Positions 8,213-15,822 of a stretch of DNA of 32,000 bases are shown here, one piece after another; within the stretch, counting starts at the first letter, position 1, and each line of letters starts with the position of its first letter. The stretch is from NCBI RefSeq assembly GCF_008000775.2, contig NZ_CP042905.2, positions 1,320,001-1,352,000 on the forward strand, written 5' to 3'. Under the pieces are notes generated by a model. That model was given only the letters and a program-made list of their open reading frames with translations. It was not told where the DNA came from and ran no database searches. This stretch comes from Promethearchaeum syntrophicum (GTDB lineage: Archaea > Asgardarchaeota > Lokiarchaeia > Sigyniarchaeales > Promethearchaeaceae). The translations under genes and the position numbers were made by a program.

Positions 8213-9478
8213 CTATTCTGTAGTTGGATCATTTACTCTCCCCATAAACAAAATATTTCCTGTTTCTTGTTCTTGGATTAAGAAAATAAATGGATGATCA
8301 GCATTAAAGACAAGTTGTGATGGTTCGTTAATTCCATAGTCCATAATTACTACGGTTGCAGCAGTTGCTTCAGTCCCTTCTTCATCAACTTTTACATATG
8401 CTTGATGTATGACTTTATTAATATAAAGGTGTGCTGCAAGAGTCATTCCTGAGAAATCTGCAGTTCCACTAAATGCGGTGGGCATCCCTAAGGAACTAAG
8501 TGTTTCTTCCATATTATATTTAGTATCAAATTCAAATTTAGGTAAATAAATATCGCCTAATTCTGTTTCTTGCGTTTGGTTTTTATATTCATTGAGTTTT
8601 TCTACAGTTAATGAAGGTTCGATAACATTAAGATCAACCCTTGGTAATAATATCAGCATTGAAATTTTGTCTCCTTTATACGGTAATTCTAAGATTTGTA
8701 GATCATCTAAGCCAGCATATTTAAATTTTTTATCGTCAGGGCTCATATGCATCATTGGAGTTTCTACAATAATTTCTGGAGTTATTATAAAATTATTTTC
8801 AATTGTTTTAGATGTATCAAATTCCCAGTCCCATGATCCTTTAAAATAAATGGCATTTGTAAGAACTAATTTTGTCAATGGACCAAAAGCCCCCGGTGGA
8901 ATTAAACCTTTAATTCTACCATTTGTTTGATTTTCAATAAAATTATTAATAGCTTGGCTTGATATTTCTGGTTCATTTACAAAATCTAGATTTGCTACTT
9001 TACCCCCATAATAAGTCCCAACTCTACTTATGTAATCCTCTTGAAATGGAAAATCCTTTTGACACCATAACGCATTTCCTGTTCTTAATTCATAACTTTC
9101 ACACTCTCCATTAATATCATTATAAATAGCAGCAAAATTAGGTCTTAATACATCATTTTCAGGGAAATAAAAGACTGATTTCATTTCATCTGCCGTCTGT
9201 CCCTTAGCACCTTCATAGGTCATTGCCAACGTAGAAAAAATGCTATAAGGAGAGTAAAAAACATTTCCTTCTTCAGATTCAATAAATTTTGAATACAAAT
9301 CAAAAGCAAATTGATTATTTGCATTCACCACTTCTTGAATTCCTCGTGACGTTGACCCTGAATCATCTAATTGAGGTGGATTGGAAGGATCATAAGGAAA
9401 AATTAATAATATTGTTGTAGTTGTAATTGCACCAACTATGAGAAGTGCAATTGTGATTGGTAACACTTTTTTGTGCAT
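8213..9478 (-). CDS. Serpin (inhibitory-type hinge), N-terminal membrane anchor; copy A
   Basis: NQFAFDLY, FYSPYSI..ALAMTYEGAKG.T, LVLTNAIYFKGSW, hinge/RCL VDEEGTEATAATVVIMDYGINEPSQ, FNADHPFIF, GRV.DP. N-terminal hydrophobic stretch VLPITIALLIVGAITTTTILLIF. Confidence 0.92.
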   Translation of the reverse strand: MHKKVLPITIALLIVGAITTTTILLIFPYDPSNPPQLDDSGSTSRGIQEVVNANNQFAFDLYSKFIESEEGNVFYSPYSIFSTLAMTYEGAKGQTADEMKSVFYFPENDVLRPNFAAIYNDINGECESYELRTGNALWCQKDFPFQEDYISRVGTYYGGKVANLDFVNEPEISSQAINNFIENQTNGRIKGLIPPGAFGPLTKLVLTNAIYFKGSWDWEFDTSKTIENNFIITPEIIVETPMMHMSPDDKKFKYAGLDDLQILELPYKGDKISMLILLPRVDLNVIEPSLTVEKLNEYKNQTQETELGDIYLPKFEFDTKYNMEETLSSLGMPTAFSGTADFSGMTLAAHLYINKVIHQAYVKVDEEGTEATAATVVIMDYGINEPSQLVFNADHPFIFLIQEQETGNILFMGRVNDPTTE

Positions 9479-9500
9479 ACTATAAGTTGATTATTTGATT

Positions 9501-9508
9501 AATATAAG
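9501..9508 (-). promoter_or_regulatory. TATA box of serpin A (TTATATT on the minus strand), centred ~26 nt upstream of the ATG
   Basis: AATATAAG on the plus strand. The same element sits at the same distance upstream of copies B and C. Confidence 0.55.
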
Positions 9509-9532
9509 CTATGAGGAATAAATTTTGAACTA

Positions 9533-10795
9533 TTATGTAGATGGATCATTAACTCTCCCCATAAACAAAATATTTCCTGTTTCTTGTTCTTGTATTGAGA
9601 AAATAAATGGATGATCAGCATTAAAGACAAGTTGTGATGGTTCGTTAATTCCATAGTCCATAATTACTACGGTTGCAGCAGCTGCTTCAGTCCCTTCTTC
9701 ATCAACTTTTACATATGCTTGATGTATGACTTTATTAATATAAAAGTGTGCTGCAAGAGTCATTCCTGAGAAGTCTGCAGTTCCACTAAATGCGGTGGGC
9801 ATCCCTAAGGAACTAAGTGTTTCTTCCATATTATATTTAGTATCAAATTCAAATTTAGGTAAATAAATATCGCCTAATTCTGTTTCTTGCATTTGGTTTT
9901 TATATTCAATGAGTTTTTCTGCTGTTAAAGAAGGCTCAATAGAACTAAGATTTGTTTTTGGTAATAGGATCAGCATAGAAATTTTCTCACCAATATATGG
10001 TAATTCAAGAATTTGTAGATCTTCTAATTCAGCATATTTAAAATTTAAATCTTCAGGGCTCATATGCATCATTGGAGTTTTTACAATATTTTCTGGAGTT
10101 ATTGAAAAATTTTTTTCAGCTGTATCTGATTTATCAAATTTCTGCTCCCATGATCCCATTAAATAAATTGCATTTGTTAGAACCAATTTGGTTAGTGCAT
10201 TAATATCTCCTTGTGGAATAATTTCTTCTATTTTGTTATTAGTCTGTTCTTCAATAAAACTATTTATAGTTTGTCTTGATGTTTCTGGTTCATTCACAAA
10301 ATCCAGATTTGCAGCTTTACCACCGTAATAAGTCCCGACTCTATTTATATAGTCTTCTTGAAACGGGAAATTAATTTGAGTCCATAATGCATTTCCTGTT
10401 CTTAATTCATATTTTTGTCTCCCTTGATTAATCCCATTATAAATGGCTGCAAAATTCGATCTTAATACTTCATTTTCAGGAAAATGCAAAACTGATTTCA
10501 TTTCTTCTGCCGTCTGTCCCTTCGCACCTTCATATGTCATTGCTAAAGCAGAAAAAATACTATAGGGAGAGTAAAAAATATTTTCTTCTCCCGATTCATT
10601 TAATTTTGAATACATTTCAAAAGCGAATTGATTATTTGCATTGACCACTTCTTGAATTCCTTGTGAAGTTGATCCTGAATCATCTAAATGTGGTGGATTG
10701 TAAGGGTCATAGGGAAAAAGGAACAATAGGGTTGTAGTTGTAACTGCGCCAATTATAAGAAGTGCTATTGTGATTGGTAACACTTTTTTGTGCAT
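9533..10795 (-). CDS. Serpin (inhibitory-type hinge), N-terminal membrane anchor; copy B
   Basis: Same motif set as copy A. RCL is VDEEGTEAAAATVVIMDYGINEPSQ. The last ~125 residues are nearly identical to copy A. Confidence 0.92.
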   Translation of the reverse strand: MHKKVLPITIALLIIGAVTTTTLLFLFPYDPYNPPHLDDSGSTSQGIQEVVNANNQFAFEMYSKLNESGEENIFYSPYSIFSALAMTYEGAKGQTAEEMKSVLHFPENEVLRSNFAAIYNGINQGRQKYELRTGNALWTQINFPFQEDYINRVGTYYGGKAANLDFVNEPETSRQTINSFIEEQTNNKIEEIIPQGDINALTKLVLTNAIYLMGSWEQKFDKSDTAEKNFSITPENIVKTPMMHMSPEDLNFKYAELEDLQILELPYIGEKISMLILLPKTNLSSIEPSLTAEKLIEYKNQMQETELGDIYLPKFEFDTKYNMEETLSSLGMPTAFSGTADFSGMTLAAHFYINKVIHQAYVKVDEEGTEAAAATVVIMDYGINEPSQLVFNADHPFIFSIQEQETGNILFMGRVNDPST

Positions 10796-10817
10796 ATTTT
10801 ATTTGGATATTTTCGTC

Positions 10818-10826
10818 AATATAAAA
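10818..10826 (-). promoter_or_regulatory. TATA box of serpin B, centred ~27 nt upstream of the ATG
   Basis: AATATAAAA on the plus strand; positionally conserved with copies A and C. Confidence 0.55.
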
Positions 10827-10846
10827 CTTAAGGAATAGAATTCGAT

Positions 10847-12067
10847 CTATTGCGTAGATGGATCATTTACTCTTCCCAAAAACAAAATATTTCCTGTTTC
10901 TTTTTCTTGTATTATGAAAATAAATGGGTGATCTGCTTTAAAAATAGGTTTGCTAGGTGATATGCCAAGAGATATTACTGCACCCGTTGAAGCGGCTGCT
11001 TCGGTTCCTTTCTCATTAACTTTAATATATGCTTGATGAATGACTTGAGTAATAGAAAGTTTTTCAGCAAGCGTAATTCCTGAAAAATTAGCATATTCAC
11101 TAAAAGCAGTGGGCATTCCCATGGAACTAAGAATTTCTTTCAAAAAATATTTAGTATCAAATTCAAATTTAGGTAAAAAAATTTCATCTAATTCAGTCTC
11201 TTCCATTTGATTTTTATATTCATTAAGTTTTGAAAGCTCGATAGCACCAAGATTTCTTTCTGGTAATAATATCAACATTGAGAAATTATTTCCTTTATAT
11301 GGCAATTCTAAGATTTGTAGATCTTCTAATTGTGCATAATTAAATTTTCGACAATCAAGATATTTCATATGCATCATTTGAGTTTTTACAACGTTTAGTG
11401 TAGTTATTCTAAAATTTTCTTCGTAAGTGTAAGATTCATCAAATATTCGCTGCCATGCCCCCCTAAAATAAATAGCATTTGTAAGAACTAATTTTGTGTC
11501 TGAATCAAGAGCACCTGGTGGAATTAAATCTTTGATTTTGTCATTAGTTTGCTCTTCAATATAATTGTTAATAATTAGTCTTGAATTTTCAGATTCTTTC
11601 AGAAAATCAAGATTTGTTACTTGAGCTCCATAATAATTTTCAACTCTACTTGTATAATCTTCAATCAACGGGAAATCCTTTTGCAACCATAACGCGTTTC
11701 CTGTTTTTACTTCATAATCTTCACTATCTTGATTAATCCGATCATATAATGCAGCATAATAAGGTCTTAGTGAATCTAATTCAGGAAAGTGAAATACAAA
11801 TTTCATTTCCTCAGCTGTCCGTCCTTTAGCACCTTCATAAGTCATTGCTAACGCAGAAAAAATGCTATAAGGAGAGAAAAATATATTTTTATCTTCAGAT
11901 TCATCCAATTTTGAATATACTTCTAAAGCAAATTGATTAATGGGGGTTCCGTCAAATAATTTTTGCTCGTTAGGCTTGCTAGGTTGATGGGGAAAAAGAA
12001 ACATTACAGTTGTAATAATACTAAATATAAGAAATATATTTGTGATTGGTAAAACTTTCTTGTGCAT
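10847..12067 (-). CDS. Serpin (inhibitory-type hinge), N-terminal membrane anchor; copy C (more divergent)
   Basis: Serpin motifs as in A and B. RCL is VNEKGTEAAASTGAVISLGISPSKP. Start set at the ATG giving MHKKVLPIT (12067), homologous to the A/B starts. The TTG at 12100 in the ORF track would run through the conserved TATA box. Confidence 0.88.
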   Translation of the reverse strand: MHKKVLPITNIFLIFSIITTVMFLFPHQPSKPNEQKLFDGTPINQFALEVYSKLDESEDKNIFFSPYSIFSALAMTYEGAKGRTAEEMKFVFHFPELDSLRPYYAALYDRINQDSEDYEVKTGNALWLQKDFPLIEDYTSRVENYYGAQVTNLDFLKESENSRLIINNYIEEQTNDKIKDLIPPGALDSDTKLVLTNAIYFRGAWQRIFDESYTYEENFRITTLNVVKTQMMHMKYLDCRKFNYAQLEDLQILELPYKGNNFSMLILLPERNLGAIELSKLNEYKNQMEETELDEIFLPKFEFDTKYFLKEILSSMGMPTAFSEYANFSGITLAEKLSITQVIHQAYIKVNEKGTEAAASTGAVISLGISPSKPIFKADHPFIFIIQEKETGNILFLGRVNDPSTQ

Positions 12068-12089
12068 ATAATAGGTGGATAATTTGGAT

Positions 12090-12098
12090 AATATAAAC
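12090..12098 (-). promoter_or_regulatory. TATA box of serpin C, centred ~27 nt upstream of the ATG at 12067
   Basis: AATATAAAC on the plus strand; positionally conserved with copies A and B. Confidence 0.55.
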
Positions 12099-12139
12099 AA
12101 TAAGGAATAAATTTTGAACTATTATTTAGTGAATTTTAG

Positions 12140-13075
12140 TTAAGATTTTCCATCAATCTTTTCATAAGAGATAATAATCAGAGCTAAAATCTCAATGGCA
12201 CACCCGATATAGAAAAATATGCTAGGATTTGTATCGAATATAATAAATGATAATATTGTGGCAAATATTGGTTTTAGATAAACGATGTTAATACCTTTTG
12301 AAGCTTCCATTTTGCTTATGCCTTTAAAAAATAAAAAATACGAAATTCCGGTTGCAAAGATACCAAGGTATAATAATATCAACCAAGTATCCCAAGTATG
12401 ATTTAGCAAAGTGCTAAATTCTCCTGGAAAGAAAAGAAATGGGATCATAAAGATTGATGAAGTTAGAAATGTAACAATATTAAAATCTAAACTTGTGACT
12501 TTAGCGATTTCTTCATTTTCTTTTGCTTTTTCTAATAAAATCTTTCCGATAACAAGATCAATACACCACAATGCAGTTCCGATAAAGACCAGTATATTTC
12601 CCAATAAATTTTCCATCTGTAGAAAATCTTTGAATTTAAACTCCGTAATTATCATTATCATTCCAAAGAAACCCAGAATTATTCCAAAAATTTTATTTAA
12701 TGAGCGCTTTTCTCCCTTGAATAATATCATATAAGTAGAAATCATAAGAGGATTTGAACTTATAATAGCGGCTGCTAAATAAGATTCTGTCATTGATGTT
12801 CCGTAGGCAAATAAAGTCATTCCTAGTGTTAAACCAAAGAACGAAGCAATTATATATGATTTAGGAAATGTTTTAATTAAATAGATTAAAGATTGACTTT
12901 TTCTGGTGCTGATTCTATAGACCAATAAACTTATCCCTCCAATAAAAAATCGAAGAAAATTAATAAGAATTGGAGAGGTATTATCTTGAATCGATTTCAT
13001 TGCAATTTCAATAGTTGCCCATAAAAAAATTGCAATGATTAAGTAAAGATATGAAAGAAATATTTTTCTAGCCAC
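12140..13075 (-). CDS. EamA/DMT-superfamily transporter (10-TM drug/metabolite exporter type)
   Basis: Two-fold repeated 5-TM pattern. N-terminal LIIAIFLWATIEIAMK is typical of EamA domains. 311 aa. Confidence 0.75.
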   Translation of the reverse strand: MARKIFLSYLYLIIAIFLWATIEIAMKSIQDNTSPILINFLRFFIGGISLLVYRISTRKSQSLIYLIKTFPKSYIIASFFGLTLGMTLFAYGTSMTESYLAAAIISSNPLMISTYMILFKGEKRSLNKIFGIILGFFGMIMIITEFKFKDFLQMENLLGNILVFIGTALWCIDLVIGKILLEKAKENEEIAKVTSLDFNIVTFLTSSIFMIPFLFFPGEFSTLLNHTWDTWLILLYLGIFATGISYFLFFKGISKMEASKGINIVYLKPIFATILSFIIFDTNPSIFFYIGCAIEILALIIISYEKIDGKS

Positions 13076-13155
13076 AATTAATCAAATTGATCTTGGAATA
13101 AAATTTTAAGTGAAAACAATTAAAACCTATAAGAAGTTATGAATAATTGAGAAGA

Positions 13156-14109
13156 ATGCCCCCATTAGATTCTGAAATTACTAAAAAATACCTTAAAGCC
13201 GGACAAGCTGTTGCCCATGCTTTAAAATTAGCATATAAATTAGCTCGACCGGGAACCAATCTATTTGATCTAGCCACCATTTTAGAAAATGATATTATTG
13301 ATTCGGGGGCTGATGGCTGGTCTTTCCCAGCAAACCTATCCTTAGATGTAGAAGCTGCACATTACTCTCCAATTATAGATGATTCTAAGACATTGCCCCC
13401 TGAGGGTTTATTAAAAGTTGATTTGGGGTCACATGTTGATGGTTATGTTGCTGATAGTGCAATCACTGTGAATCTCGGAAATTCAGAAAAATATAATACT
13501 CTAATTAAAGCTGTGAAAGATGCCCTTTATGCTGCAATTCCTCTTTTCAAACCGGGAGTTACTTTACGTGAGATTGGGGTTGCAATTGAACGAGAAATAA
13601 CTAAGTTCGATGGTTTGAAACCAGTATCAAACCTAGGTGGTCATCAATTAAAACAATGGGATTTACATGCAGGTGCTTTTGTTCCAAATATATCAAATTC
13701 TCCTGAAAAATATGTTTTAAAAGAAGGTGATCAATTTGCTTGCGAACCCTTTGCAACAAATGGATATGGCGCTATTAAAAATGGTACTGAAATGACAATT
13801 TTTAGGGTTAAAGGCATCAAAAAGAAGAAAAATCTGCCAATGCATGAAAAAATCCGATTGCAAAATTTCAAGAAGAAATTTAAGACCTTCCCATTTTCTC
13901 CACGATGGATTGATTTCATTCCCAAAAGTCAAATAAATGGTGCAGTATCGAAATATCTTAGACAAGGGATATTAGACGGTTATCATGTGTTCATTGAACG
14001 AGGGAATGGAATTGTTTCTCAGCATGAGCACACTATAATTGTGACTCAAGATGGTGGTATCCCAACCACATGGTGGGAAGATTTTGACTATAAGGATCTC
14101 TGGAAATAA
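13156..14109 (+). CDS. map: Methionine aminopeptidase, type 2 (archaeal)
   Basis: AAHYSP, KVDLGSHVDGYVADSA, NLGGHQL, FACEPFAT, SQHEHTIIV, plus the helical insert typical of type-2 MetAP. The ATG at 13156 is preferred over the in-frame TTG at 13147. Confidence 0.9.
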   Translation: MPPLDSEITKKYLKAGQAVAHALKLAYKLARPGTNLFDLATILENDIIDSGADGWSFPANLSLDVEAAHYSPIIDDSKTLPPEGLLKVDLGSHVDGYVADSAITVNLGNSEKYNTLIKAVKDALYAAIPLFKPGVTLREIGVAIEREITKFDGLKPVSNLGGHQLKQWDLHAGAFVPNISNSPEKYVLKEGDQFACEPFATNGYGAIKNGTEMTIFRVKGIKKKKNLPMHEKIRLQNFKKKFKTFPFSPRWIDFIPKSQINGAVSKYLRQGILDGYHVFIERGNGIVSQHEHTIIVTQDGGIPTTWWEDFDYKDLWK

Positions 14110-14127
14110 TGGGGTGGGTGGTGAGGT

Positions 14128-14697
14128 ATGATCTTTCAACTTGAAAGTTTAAAATTGGTACTTTTTTCCATAGATCTATTGTGTTTATACATACTTCTAA
14201 TTGGAGTTACTTGGTCGATTTTAGTTCCGAAAAAAAGGATATGGCCTCCTCCAAAAAAAACTTCTTGGCAATATTATTTAACGTGGGTATTATTTTGCAT
14301 AGTTTTTCTTTTAAATTTCCTTCTGGTTCTATTAGATTGGAATTCATGGATATTCACAGAAAGCATTCGCTTTTTTATAGCATTCCCCTTAATTATTTGG
14401 GGTGGAATGTTATTTTCATGGGGTATTATTACTCTCGGTACTAAAAATACATCAGGAATTAAAGATCAATTTATAAAAAAAGGACCATATCGATATACGA
14501 GAAACCCTCAATATCTGGGTGATAATATCCTTTTTTTTGGGATTATTATATTGTCAAATTCTTTATTTTCACTCATTACCCATGCGTTACTTATTTTAGT
14601 TTTTCTCATAACTCCTTGGGCAGAGGAATCTTGGTTAGAAGAACAATACAATGAAATTTATAAAGAATATAAGAAGGAGATCCCACGGTTTATATGA
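14128..14697 (+). CDS. Membrane methyltransferase of the ICMT/PEMT (COG2020) family
   Basis: Multi-TM protein with GPYRYTRNPQYLG and a C-terminal EESWLEEQYNEIYKEYKKEIPRFI. Strong SD (GGTGAGGT) directly upstream. Confidence 0.7.
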   Translation: MIFQLESLKLVLFSIDLLCLYILLIGVTWSILVPKKRIWPPPKKTSWQYYLTWVLFCIVFLLNFLLVLLDWNSWIFTESIRFFIAFPLIIWGGMLFSWGIITLGTKNTSGIKDQFIKKGPYRYTRNPQYLGDNILFFGIIILSNSLFSLITHALLILVFLITPWAEESWLEEQYNEIYKEYKKEIPRFI

Positions 14698-15461
14698 AAA
14701 CCTTAATTTTAGCTGCCGGAAAAGGTTCCAGAACTCAAGGCATAACAAAAAATTTACCGAAATCATTGTTTCCTTTAAACCATAATAGAGATTCAACCTT
14801 ATCCATACTCATTAATAATTTAGCAGAACATAATCTCACTGACTTTGTAATTGTTGGAGGATATGAAATAGATTATCTTAGCTCAGAGATTGGAAAAATA
14901 TGTCCAAAATCATGTAATTATGTTATTGTAGATGCAAATCCTGATTACAAAAAAGGACCAATATATAGTTTTTTGTCTGCTACTATTGAATTGATTAAAG
15001 AAGATCAATTTTTACTACTTCCGGCTGATTCTATTTTCACTTCTTCGCTTTTTAAATATATAGTAGACCATGAGTTTTCAAAAGAAATATGTCATTTATT
15101 TTATTACAAGTCTGACACAATTCCTTCATCAGGAAGCCAGTGCTTAGTATGTAATTTCTCAAAAAACTCTAGTGTTGTTGAAAATATTGTTCCGTTGGAG
15201 AAATGGAAAGAAGAATATTTAGAACAATATAATTTTTATCCTATATTAGTTCCAGTAATAATTCTTCCATCTACTTTCTTTGAAATAGCGAAAAAATCTC
15301 TTAGTTCAGGTGCTAAAAATGTTATATCTCCATTACATTCTTATTGTATAAAAGAAAGGAAGTGTTTTAGCCATCAAATAAGATTTAAATCACAAAATGG
15401 AATTTTTTATGATTTTGATACTCCAAACGATTTAGAAAAAATAAGAAGTATAATTAAATAA
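14694..15461 (+). CDS. Sugar/alcohol-phosphate nucleotidyltransferase (NTP_transferase fold, LicC/MobA-like)
   Basis: N-terminal MKTLILAAGKGSRTQ....LPKSLFPL signature. ATGA overlap with the upstream gene (14694-14697). Confidence 0.7.
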   Translation: MKTLILAAGKGSRTQGITKNLPKSLFPLNHNRDSTLSILINNLAEHNLTDFVIVGGYEIDYLSSEIGKICPKSCNYVIVDANPDYKKGPIYSFLSATIELIKEDQFLLLPADSIFTSSLFKYIVDHEFSKEICHLFYYKSDTIPSSGSQCLVCNFSKNSSVVENIVPLEKWKEEYLEQYNFYPILVPVIILPSTFFEIAKKSLSSGAKNVISPLHSYCIKERKCFSHQIRFKSQNGIFYDFDTPNDLEKIRSIIK

Positions 15462-15478
15462 AAATCGGAGAAAATCGA

Positions 15479-15643
15479 ATGGAAATTGTTAATAATGGAA
15501 TCTGTTTACAAGAAAAAGAATTATCAGATAGATGTGCTACATGCCGTAGCAAATTAGTATTGTGCGTTTACAAATATCAATCGAAAAAATTAAAAAAAGT
15601 AGTTCGATGTAAGAATTGTCAAACTGCAACGCAGATAGAATAA
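15479..15643 (+). CDS. Small (54 aa) zinc-ribbon-like protein, absent from the supplied ORF track
   Basis: My translation: MEIVNNGICLQEKELSDRCATCRSKLVLCVYKYQSKKLKKVVRCKNCQTATQIE. Two CxxC pairs lie 21 residues apart. GGAG sits 8 nt upstream of the ATG, and the ORF starts 17 nt after the preceding gene. Confidence 0.5.
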   Translation: MEIVNNGICLQEKELSDRCATCRSKLVLCVYKYQSKKLKKVVRCKNCQTATQIE

Positions 15644-15666
15644 TCTTTGATGATTTTTGAAATAAA

Positions 15667-15743
15667 TGGCGGACCCGGGGAGATTCGGACTCCCGACCTG
15701 CTGCTTAGGAGGCAGCCGCCCTATCCAACTAGGCCACGGGTCC
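15667..15743 (-). tRNA. tRNA-Arg (anticodon CCT), CCA end encoded
   Basis: Minus strand reads GGACCCG-TG-GCCT-AGTTGGATA-GGGC-G-GCTGC-CTCCTAA-GCAGC-AGGTC-GGGAG-TCCGAAT-CTCCC-CGGGTCC-G-CCA. Acceptor (7 bp), anticodon and T stems are fully paired. It is a GC-rich island in AT-rich DNA. Confidence 0.9.
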
Positions 15744-15822
15744 ATTTTATTTTTATAAATTTCTATTAATTTTAATTAAAGCTCATCATTAAATTTTCGC
15801 TTAACTAACTATATAACAAGAT

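Larger units (their letters stand above)
8213..12139. repeat. Tandem triplication (unit ~1.3 kb) comprising serpin gene plus its 5' flank
   Basis: Three head-to-tail homologous units. The 5' flanks also align (GTGCAT..ATTTGGATAATATAAA..AAGGAATAAATTTTGAACTATTAT, seen at 9474-9537 and 12063-12126, and more weakly at 10791-10850). Confidence 0.9.

Noticed and set aside
8592-10166. Plus-strand 85-aa ORFs (8592-8849 and 9909-10166) conserved in both serpin A and B
   Set aside because: Their conservation is a by-product of the serpin duplication. They are antisense to strongly supported serpin CDSs and have no motifs.
12068-12100. TTG-extended start of serpin C (MFILSKLSTYY prefix)
   Set aside because: The extension has no counterpart in copies A and B and would run through the conserved TATA box. 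ATG 12067 aligns with the A/B starts.
12411-12734. Plus-strand ORF inside the EamA transporter gene
   Set aside because: Antisense shadow ORF. The transporter frame has the coherent TM pattern.
13717-14444. ORFs 13717-13965(-), 13731-13925(-) and 14181-14444(+) overlapping map and the ICMT-like gene
   Set aside because: They overlap motif-supported genes in other frames and have no features of their own.
15648-15653. TGATGA (C-box-like) just upstream of the tRNA region; other intergenic gaps were also scanned for C/D-box sRNAs
   Set aside because: There is no purine before the box, no CTGA D box at the appropriate distance, and no terminal stem. I could support no C/D sRNA in the gaps I checked by eye.
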